From Methyloceanibacter sp. (GTDB lineage: Bacteria; Pseudomonadota; Alphaproteobacteria; Rhizobiales; Methyloligellaceae), in assembly GCF_050726195.1 (NCBI RefSeq), contig NZ_JBOHJC010000010.1, forward strand, positions 100,746 through 124,745: DNA of 24,000 nucleotides, written 5' to 3'. Below the pieces are notes generated by a model. That model saw only the letters and a program-made list of their open reading frames with translations. It did not search any database and was not told where the DNA came from. A program made the position numbers and the translations under genes. This document shows positions 1-6,058 of this stretch, in pieces (the stretch's first letter is position 1; every line of letters begins with the position of its first letter).

Positions 1-685
1 GCACGACCCCTTCGGGCGGGCGGCGCTGCTCCCAGCCTGCCCGCTCCAGCGCCGGCGTGTCGTCCTCAGCTTCGGGGTAACCGACGCAGAGATGGCCGAT
101 GAACACCCAGTCCGATGGCACGTCGAGGATTGCCGTCATGCGCGAAGGATCGAGGATCGACACCCAGCCGACCCCAAGCCCTTCCGCCCGCGCGGCGAGC
201 CACAACGTGTGGATGGCGATGGCGACCGAGTAATCCAAGGTCTCCGGCATGGTGCGGCGGCCCAGCCCCGAGCCTTGCGCCGTGGCGCGGTCGGCGAACA
301 CGGAGACTTGCACCGGCGCCTCGTCGAGGCCGGCGAGTTTGAGCCGCGCATAGAGCGCGGCGCGGTCCGGCGCCTGCATCTCAAGCGCATCTTTGTTGCA
401 CGCCTGAAAACAATCGCGGATCGCGGCGCGCCGCATCTCGTCCTCCACCAGCACGAAGCGCCACGGCTCCGAGAGCCCGACCGAGGGCGAGAGGCAGGCA
501 ATCGAGATCAGCCGCTCGATCGCGCCTTCGGGCAAAGCCAATCGCTTGAAGCGGCGCACGTCCCGCCGCCACTTCAGCAGATCAAGAAGCCGCGCGCGAA
601 AGCTCGCGTCGAAGGCGGGCGGCTCGGCCTGTTGCCCCTCGCGCTCCGCGAATCGCTGTTCGAATTGTCGGCTGAAGCTGTCCAT
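1..685 (-). CDS. bluB: 5,6-dimethylbenzimidazole synthase (BluB, nitroreductase fold); C-terminal end runs off the window
   Basis: Absent from the ORF track because its stop lies left of position 1. Hand translation of the reverse strand from ATG (complement of 683-685) gives MDSFSRQFEQRFAEREGQQ...LLKWRRDVRRFK...CLSPSVGLSEPWRFVLVEDE...HTLWLAARAEGLGVGWVSILDP...GHLCVGYPEAEDDTPALERAGWEQRRP. The LWLAARAEG-GVGWVSI block and the ELERAGW tail match rhizobial BluB as I remember it. The listed + ORF 92..703 is its antisense shadow. Confidence 0.8.
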   Translation of the reverse strand, partial: MDSFSRQFEQRFAEREGQQAEPPAFDASFRARLLDLLKWRRDVRRFKRLALPEGAIERLISIACLSPSVGLSEPWRFVLVEDEMRRAAIRDCFQACNKDALEMQAPDRAALYARLKLAGLDEAPVQVSVFADRATAQGSGLGRRTMPETLDYSVAIAIHTLWLAARAEGLGVGWVSILDPSRMTAILDVPSDWVFIGHLCVGYPEAEDDTPALERAGWEQRRPPEGVV

Positions 686-808
686 GGGTCCCCACGACCC
701 TAGCACGGATCGGCGCTGGCGCCCGCCTACCGAGGATGTGGCCACCACTCGCCCCCGGTTCCCCCTCCTGGCCGGCGAATTAGCCAGGAATGTATTCTCA
801 ATTTGAGG

Positions 809-837
809 TTGACTCCCGGAGCATTGTTATGAATATA
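809..837 (+). promoter_or_regulatory. Candidate sigma70-type promoter for the toxin operon (TTGACT-N17-AATATA)
   Basis: TTGACT at 809-814, a 17-nt spacer, then the A/T hexamer AATATA at 832-837, about 40 nt upstream of the GTG at 876. It lies in the only AT-rich stretch of the bluB/toxin intergenic region. The -10 overlaps the perfect palindrome GAATATATTC (831-840). Confidence 0.3.
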
Positions 838-875
838 TTCCTAGTTCGATTGAACCGAACGAGGAGTGGGTCAGG

Positions 876-1811
876 GTGCAGAGATCGGCGGCAAGTCGGC
901 AGGCAAGCCTTCGGCTCCACCGCGTGCGCGCGCTCCTTTGGGGCAAGGTCGTCGAGGCCAAGCTCCACGCCCTCGACCGCGCCATCAAGGCGAACTTCGA
1001 CCCCAACCAGCCGCGTGTCCCTGCCGGCAATCCCGACGGCGGTCAATGGACAAGCACTGGCGGCGGAAGCGGCTCTCAGAGCGCAAACGAGCGCCTAGCC
1101 CAAGCGCGCGGCGGTCGCCGCCGCGGCAGCGACGCCGAAGCAACACCGGCGCAACTCGCACGCCGCGACATCGCGGAGGCGCAGGCGCGTGCTGCCATTC
1201 GCCGTGTCAACGACATCGATCCGGCATGGAAGCCCCGCGCGAGTCTGACCAGGCCGAATTCGGTAGAAGGTGAAATCGCTCGGGCTGAAGCTGCGCGCAG
1301 CGAGGCGGAAGTGCGGCTGCGCGAGCTTGCTCAGGAGGAACCTACCAGTCTAATTGATGCTTTTCGGCGTCAGCACGGGCTGGACCTTCTCGGCGATCCC
1401 ATATGGTCGCGCGAACAAAACAGCGTGTCCACATGTCAAGTCGATGGCGTTCCGTATCTTGGAGTCAATTCGCAGGCGATCACGTACACCAATTCAGATA
1501 GGACATCAGCGGAACGAGCACGAAGCGTGCTGATAGAAAAACATCCTGATGTCATCAACACTGATGACATAGGCCAGTTTCCCAACGACGCGCTGTTCCA
1601 TGCCGAAGCAACGTGCCTTCTGAGAGCAGCTCGTGCGAATGGCGGCACGCTTGAGACCCGAGTGATTGAAGTAACTGTCGATCGCGTTATGTGCCCGAGC
1701 TGCAGAACTGTTCTTCCGGTCTTAGGATTGGAACTCGGTAATCCCACGGTAAGATTTATTGACCCCCGCGGGTTCACCCGGACGATGCGCGACGGGCATT
1801 GGATCGAATAG
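876..1811 (+). CDS. Polymorphic-toxin-like protein: Arg/Ala-rich N-terminal module plus a C-terminal cytidine-deaminase-fold (HAE...CPSC) toxin domain
   Basis: ORF track 876..1811 (GTG start; GAGGAG at 861-866). FHAEATCLL (H242-A-E244, nt 1599-1607) is followed by VMCPSCRTVL (C273-P-S-C276, nt 1692-1703), the zinc-binding signature of the deaminase fold. Third-position GC drops from about nt 1250 onward. A small ORF follows 9 nt after the stop. Confidence 0.7.
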   Translation: MQRSAASRQASLRLHRVRALLWGKVVEAKLHALDRAIKANFDPNQPRVPAGNPDGGQWTSTGGGSGSQSANERLAQARGGRRRGSDAEATPAQLARRDIAEAQARAAIRRVNDIDPAWKPRASLTRPNSVEGEIARAEAARSEAEVRLRELAQEEPTSLIDAFRRQHGLDLLGDPIWSREQNSVSTCQVDGVPYLGVNSQAITYTNSDRTSAERARSVLIEKHPDVINTDDIGQFPNDALFHAEATCLLRAARANGGTLETRVIEVTVDRVMCPSCRTVLPVLGLELGNPTVRFIDPRGFTRTMRDGHWIE

Positions 1812-1820
1812 GAAAGGTCC

Positions 1821-2294
1821 ATGAGAAAGAGCGGCTATTTCGATTCTCAAGAAATAAAGGGCTGGCCTGATCCGCTAGAGCTGAGGCCTTACTTCTATGC
1901 TCCTCCAGGTCAGGAATGGTTCCACACCGGAGGCAATGACGGTGCGAGCATCGAGGCAGAAGGAGTCGATGGAAGCGATGCGTTGCCGGTAAACAAAGGC
2001 CGCATCGACATTCGTCTCCTGATGTGGGGCATCCCCAAACTCGGCGTCCTCCTGATCTACACGAAATGGGGTGGCGGCTCCCGAGAGACTTATAGTTCGA
2101 AGGGCGACCTGCGACGACTAAGCGAATGGGTGCATAACCTGCACAACACCCCCCTCCCCGTTGGCCTGTTCATCCCCTTCCCCGACGCCTACGAGGCGGT
2201 GAAGGAATTCATCGAGACAGACGGTCAATTGCCCAAGTGCATTGAGTGGGTTGCAAACAAGAACCTGCCGCCAGGCACCTTCCCCGATCCTTGA
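1821..2294 (+). CDS. Putative cognate immunity protein of the deaminase toxin (possibly Imm1-like; family not confirmed)
   Basis: 157-aa ORF with an AGGAAAGG Shine-Dalgarno 9 nt after the toxin stop. Cytoplasmic, no signal peptide. Paralog of 3190..3666. The C-terminal motif AYEAVKEFIETDGQLPKCIEWV resembles the tail I recall for Imm1-type immunity proteins that pair with deaminase toxins. Confidence 0.6.
   Translation: MRKSGYFDSQEIKGWPDPLELRPYFYAPPGQEWFHTGGNDGASIEAEGVDGSDALPVNKGRIDIRLLMWGIPKLGVLLIYTKWGGGSRETYSSKGDLRRLSEWVHNLHNTPLPVGLFIPFPDAYEAVKEFIETDGQLPKCIEWVANKNLPPGTFPDP
2172..2290. repeat. Copy 1 of a perfect 119-bp direct repeat (3' end of immunity gene 1)
   Basis: atccccttccccgacgcctacgaggcggtgaaggaattcatcgagacagacggtcaattgcccaagtgcattgagtgggttgcaaacaagaacctgccgccaggcaccttccccgatcc is identical base for base to 3544..3662 (offset 1372 nt). 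Confidence 0.95.
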
Positions 2295-2301
2295 GGTAGC
2301 C

Positions 2302-2673
2302 ATGAATCGAGGGAGACTCCAGGATATGACGTTAGATCAGTTGATCGAACGGTTCGTCCAGATCGCCCTGGCGCAGGACGATGCGATACTCGACGACCGA
2401 TACTCCGAGTTCAATCGCCTCTACGACCGAATGCTAGATGTCGATCGGGAACTTCGCGCACGTGGTATAGAGGCGCGGCTAGAGTTGTTGCGGCTCTATG
2501 ACCACCCAAACATTCAAGTAAGGCTCAAGGCAGCAACCTCAACACTCGGCGTGGCGCCAAAGGAGGGACGAAGGCTGCTGGAATCCATTGCGGCTTCGCA
2601 ACACTACCCACAGGCTGCCGACGCTGGCATGTTGGTGGACGGACTAGACGATGGAACCTTTAGGCCCACCTGA
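2302..2673 (+). CDS. DUF2019-like small helical protein (immunity-type gene)
   Basis: ATG at 2302 with GAGG 5 nt upstream, 7 nt after the preceding stop. The sequence ...LDQLIERFVQIALAQDDAIL...FNRLYDRM...LYDHPNIQVRLKAATSTLGVAP...AASQHYPQAADAGMLVDGLDDGTFRP matches the DUF2019 pattern as I recall it (FNRL, HPN-QVRL-AA, P-QA--AGM-L--L--G-F-P). Confidence 0.65.
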   Translation: MNRGRLQDMTLDQLIERFVQIALAQDDAILDDRYSEFNRLYDRMLDVDRELRARGIEARLELLRLYDHPNIQVRLKAATSTLGVAPKEGRRLLESIAASQHYPQAADAGMLVDGLDDGTFRPT

Positions 2674-3054
2674 GTGGCGTCCATGACGGGGCTTAGCCTC
2701 CAAGAACTGACGACCGACCAGCTTGTCGGGCGCTTCGTCGAAAATACGCTTGCTCAGGACGAGGCACTTCTTGAAGGTGAGCGAGCCCAATTCAATCGCC
2801 TGTTCACCGAAATGCGCGCGATACTTGAGGAATTAACGGCTCGCAAAGGCGACCAGAGGCGAACTCTATTTCCCTTATACGATCATCCCAACAGCCAAGT
2901 CCGACTAAAGGCGGCAAAGAACACGTTGGCGCTGGCCCCCGATGAGGCGCGCAACGTTATTCAAGCGATCGCAAGTTCCGGCGAGTATCCGCAGGCTGGC
3001 GAAGCAGGCATGTGCCTCCGCAATCTTGATGCCGGGGTCTTTAAGCCCAGTTGA
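2674..3054 (+). CDS. DUF2019-like small helical protein, tandem paralog
   Basis: GTG at 2674 abuts the previous TGA (an alternative ATG is at 2683). By eye about half the positions are identical to 2302..2673, including FNRL, LYDHPNSQVRLKAAKNTL, YPQAGEAGM and LDAGVFKP. Confidence 0.65.
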   Translation: MASMTGLSLQELTTDQLVGRFVENTLAQDEALLEGERAQFNRLFTEMRAILEELTARKGDQRRTLFPLYDHPNSQVRLKAAKNTLALAPDEARNVIQAIASSGEYPQAGEAGMCLRNLDAGVFKPS

Positions 3055-3186
3055 GCGTTCGCCCCACGTCGCAGGCGATCCGACCATACTTCCTTAGTCG
3101 GATTGGAGCTAGGCAACCCGGAGATCACCATTGTCGACAACACTGGCATCACAATCACGATACGTGATGGCAAACTAGTCAGGTGA
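3055..3186 (+). pseudogene. Orphan remnant of a second deaminase-toxin C-terminus (last ~30 codons only; catalytic motifs absent)
   Basis: The frame open from 3055 to TGA 3184-3186 reads ...TSLVGLELGNPEITIVDNTGITITIRDGKLVR*. This aligns with the last 32 aa of the intact toxin, LPVLGLELGNPTVRFIDPRGFTRTMRDGHWIE*. At nt level GGATTGGAGCTAGGCAACCC (3100-3119) matches GGATTGGAACTCGGTAATCC (1725-1744) with only third-position differences. There is no start codon and no HAE or CxxC. Confidence 0.7.
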
Positions 3187-3189
3187 CCG

Positions 3190-3666
3190 ATGCGAAAGTG
3201 GACTGACTTCGACAAGTACGACCACGAAGGCTGGGCAGACCCGCGCGACCTGATGCCCTATTTTTTTGGACCACCTGGCCAGGAGTGGTTTCACACAGGA
3301 GGAAACGACACTGCTGGCCTTTCGGCGGAAGGTCTTTACGGCACGGAGAACGAGGATCACCTGGCAGGACGCAGGGTAGACCTTCACCTGATGATGTGGG
3401 GCATGCCTGGACTGGGCGTCCTATTGCTTTATCGCAAGTTTGGCGGCAGCTACCAGGAGGCCTTCACTTCAAAAGGCGATATGAGCCGACTGCGCGAGTG
3501 GGTGCGTAGTCTGCACTACGATCCCCTGCCCGTCGGCCTCTTTATCCCCTTCCCCGACGCCTACGAGGCGGTGAAGGAATTCATCGAGACAGACGGTCAA
3601 TTGCCCAAGTGCATTGAGTGGGTTGCAAACAAGAACCTGCCGCCAGGCACCTTCCCCGATCCGTGA
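3190..3666 (+). CDS. Orphan immunity paralog (same family as 1821..2294)
   Basis: 158-aa ORF starting 3 nt after the remnant stop. Collinear with 1821..2294 (MRK...GW-DP--L-PYF--PPGQEWFHTGGND...LLMWG-P-LGVLL-Y-K-GG...SKGD--RL-EWV--LH--PLPVGLFIPFPDAYEAVKEFIETDGQLPKCIEWVANKNLPPGTFPDP). The last 42 aa are identical. Confidence 0.65.
   Translation: MRKWTDFDKYDHEGWADPRDLMPYFFGPPGQEWFHTGGNDTAGLSAEGLYGTENEDHLAGRRVDLHLMMWGMPGLGVLLLYRKFGGSYQEAFTSKGDMSRLREWVRSLHYDPLPVGLFIPFPDAYEAVKEFIETDGQLPKCIEWVANKNLPPGTFPDP
3544..3662. repeat. Copy 2 of the perfect 119-bp direct repeat (3' end of immunity gene 2)
   Basis: Identical to 2172..2290. Identity breaks at 3543 vs 2171 and at 3663 vs 2291. Confidence 0.95.
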
Positions 3667-3678
3667 GACGCGAGCGCC

Positions 3679-4578
3679 CTACCCCGCCGCGGCGACCTTG
3701 GTGCGCGCCGTCTCGTGGTGGGTCAGCGCCGTATAGTCGGCCATCAGCGCGCGGGTGATGTCGCCGACCTTGAATTGATAGTCGCCGATCGAGGCGACCG
3801 GCATGACTTCCGCCGCCGTGCCGGTGATGAAGCACTCGGTAAAGCCGCCGAGCTCCTCCGGCATGATCGTCTTCTCGACCAGCTTGATGCCGCGCTCTTT
3901 GGCGAGGCCGATCACTGTGCGCCGCGTGATGCCGTCGAGGAAGCAATCCGGCGTCGGCGTATAGATCACGCCGTCCTTGACGAAGAAGATGTTGGCGCCG
4001 GTGCATTCGGCGATGCGACCGCGCCAGTCGAGCATCACCGCATCGGCAAAGCCCGCCCGCTCGGCGCGGTGCTTCTCGATGGTGCAGATCATATAGAGCC
4101 CGGCCGCCTTGCTGTGGACCGGCGCCGTGGCGGGGTCTGGCCGGCGATATTTGCCGAAGGTGAGCTTGAGCCCGGTCTCGCGCGCGGCCGGGTCGAAATA
4201 GGCGCCCCAATCCCACGCGGCGATGGCGACGTTGATCTTGGTCTTTTGCGCCGAGACGCCCATCTGCTCGCTGCCGCGCCAGGCGATGGGGCGGACATAG
4301 GCGTCGGTGAGCTTGTTGGCGCGGAGCACGTCGCGCGCGGCCTTGTCCAGCTCGGCGACGGAATAGGGAATCGCGAAGTCGAGGATCTCGGCCGATTTGT
4401 GCAGGCGCTGATTGTGCTCGGTCAGCTTGAAGATCTCGCCGTTATAGGCGCGCATGCCTTCGAACACGGCGCTGCCGTAATGCAATGCATGGGTGAGGAG
4501 ATGCACGCGCGCATCCGACCACGGGATCAGCTCGCCGTTGAACCAGATATAGCCGTCGCGCTGATCGTAGGTCGCCAT
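3679..4578 (-). CDS. ilvE: Branched-chain amino acid aminotransferase
   Basis: ORF track 3679..4638(-). I prefer the internal ATG at 4578 (MATYDQRDGYIWFNGELIPW...), which is preceded by GGAGGAG. Class IV aminotransferase hallmarks are present (HYGSAVFEGMRAY, ECTGANIFFV, ITGTAAEV). Confidence 0.9.
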   Translation of the reverse strand: MATYDQRDGYIWFNGELIPWSDARVHLLTHALHYGSAVFEGMRAYNGEIFKLTEHNQRLHKSAEILDFAIPYSVAELDKAARDVLRANKLTDAYVRPIAWRGSEQMGVSAQKTKINVAIAAWDWGAYFDPAARETGLKLTFGKYRRPDPATAPVHSKAAGLYMICTIEKHRAERAGFADAVMLDWRGRIAECTGANIFFVKDGVIYTPTPDCFLDGITRRTVIGLAKERGIKLVEKTIMPEELGGFTECFITGTAAEVMPVASIGDYQFKVGDITRALMADYTALTHHETARTKVAAAG

Positions 4579-4718
4579 GAGCTCTCCTCCGCGAGCAGGA
4601 CCGGCCGTTCTTCGCCGCGGGCCTCGTCCTCGAAACACCAGAAGCGCCCCTCATACCACCTCTCGACGGCGATTGCGCGCGTTGGCGGCGAGGCGTATCA
4701 AGGGTCAATTAAGTCAAC

Positions 4719-5342
4719 ATGGCTGACATAAACCAGCCCGAGAAATATGTCAACATGACTGACCTAAATCCGCCACTCGCTCGCGGCGCCAAGACCGCCG
4801 AGGCCAAGCGCGGCAATGGCCGCCCCGGCGATAAGGGCGCCCCCCTGCCCGAAGCCAAGCTGCACGAATTCGCCGAACTGCTGTTCTTCGCCTATCGCGA
4901 CTTCACCAAGGACCCCGACGCGATCCTTGCCAATTTCGGCTTCGGCAGGGCGCATCACCGGGTGCTGCATTTTGTCAACCGCCACTCGGGCTTGCGCGTC
5001 GCCGACCTGCTGGAGATCCTCACTATCACCAAGCAGAGCCTCTCGCGCGTGCTCAAGCAATTGATCGACCAGGGATATATCGTGCAGCAGGCGGGCTCGT
5101 CGGACCGCAGACAGCGGCTCCTGTTCCCCACTCCGCGCGGCCGCGCCCTGGCCGAGCGCTTGGCGGCCCCCCAGCTCGTCCGCCTCACCAACGCCCTTCA
5201 GGCCGCCGGGCCCGGGGCCGAGGCCACCCTCCGCCGCTTTCTCGAGGCCATGATCAATGCCGAAGATCGGCCAAAAGTCTCCTCGATAATGTCTGCGTCG
5301 CCGGTAGAGCCAAGCGACGGCGGCAAGGGGGGAGGGTCTTGA
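4719..5342 (+). CDS. MarR-family transcriptional regulator (PetP-like position upstream of an OmpR-family response regulator)
   Basis: Winged-helix region HHRVLHFVNRHSGLRVADLLEILTITKQSLSRVLKQLIDQGYIVQQAGSSDRRQRLLFPTPRG. The start is uncertain (ATG at 4719 or 4755). Confidence 0.8.
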   Translation: MADINQPEKYVNMTDLNPPLARGAKTAEAKRGNGRPGDKGAPLPEAKLHEFAELLFFAYRDFTKDPDAILANFGFGRAHHRVLHFVNRHSGLRVADLLEILTITKQSLSRVLKQLIDQGYIVQQAGSSDRRQRLLFPTPRGRALAERLAAPQLVRLTNALQAAGPGAEATLRRFLEAMINAEDRPKVSSIMSASPVEPSDGGKGGGS

Positions 5343-5344
5343 CC

Positions 5345-6058
5345 ATGCCGACGGCGATCAAAGCGCACCGCGCCAGCGGCCCGGACGACAACGCGCCGCA
5401 TATCCTCGTCGTCGACGACGACAGCCGCATCCGCGATCTGCTCGCCCGCTATCTTTACGACCACGGCTTCCGCGTCACCACCGCGGTCGACGCCGCCTCG
5501 GCGCGCGCCACCATGCGCAGCCTCTCCTTCGATCTGCTCATTCTCGATGTGATGATGCCGAAGGAGTCCGGCATCGAGTTCGCCCGTACGCTGCGCGCCG
5601 AAAGCCGCGTGCCGATCCTCATGCTGACTGCCCGCGCCGAACCGGAGCAGCGCATCGAAGGTCTGGAGACCGGCGTCGATGACTATCTCGCCAAGCCGTT
5701 CGATCCGCGCGAGCTGCTGCTAAGGGTCGGCAACGTTCTCCGCCGCGGCGCCGCGGCGCAAGGCTCCAGCGAGGTCCGCATGGGCGAGTTCATCTTCCAT
5801 GTCTCGCGCGGCGAGTTGAAGCGCGACGGCGAGACGGTTCGCCTCACTGAGCGGGAGCGCGAGCTGTTGCGTTACTTCGCCCAGCGTCCCGGCACACCGG
5901 TGTCGCGCCACGAGCTTGCCAAGGGCGCCGATAGCGGCGCCGAGCGCGCCGTCGACGTGCAGATCAACCGGCTTCGGCGCAAGATCGAGCATGATCCTGC
6001 CAACCCGGTCTATCTCCAGACCGTGCGCGGCAAAGGCTATATCCTCTACTCCGAATGA
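5345..6058 (+). CDS. OmpR-family response regulator (PetR/CenR-like)
   Basis: Receiver domain (ILVVDDD...LLILDVMMP...AKPF) plus a winged-helix output domain (LTERERELLRYF...VDVQINRLRRKIE...YLQTVRGKGY). The ORF track begins at TTG 5339; ATG 5345 is more likely. Confidence 0.9.
   Translation: MPTAIKAHRASGPDDNAPHILVVDDDSRIRDLLARYLYDHGFRVTTAVDAASARATMRSLSFDLLILDVMMPKESGIEFARTLRAESRVPILMLTARAEPEQRIEGLETGVDDYLAKPFDPRELLLRVGNVLRRGAAAQGSSEVRMGEFIFHVSRGELKRDGETVRLTERERELLRYFAQRPGTPVSRHELAKGADSGAERAVDVQINRLRRKIEHDPANPVYLQTVRGKGYILYSE

Noticed and set aside
92-703. 203-aa + strand ORF, with nested ORFs, at the left edge
   Set aside because: It is the antisense shadow of bluB. The reverse strand gives a clean BluB-like protein, while the + frame is Arg/Pro/His-rich low-complexity sequence typical of wrong-frame high-GC DNA.
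1599-1703. Possibility that the HAE...CPSC protein is a housekeeping deaminase (TadA, dCMP deaminase or cytidine deaminase)
   Set aside because: The domain is C-terminal to an unrelated 150-aa module, lies in low-GC DNA, is followed by immunity-type genes, and has a degraded paralog downstream. Housekeeping deaminases are single-domain proteins coded at host GC and usually carry PCxxC. I still cannot exclude this without an HMM or structure search.
3715-4731. 338-aa + strand ORF opposite ilvE
   Set aside because: Antisense shadow in high-GC DNA with a Gly/Arg/Asp/Ala-rich composition. The minus strand encodes an unmistakable class IV aminotransferase.
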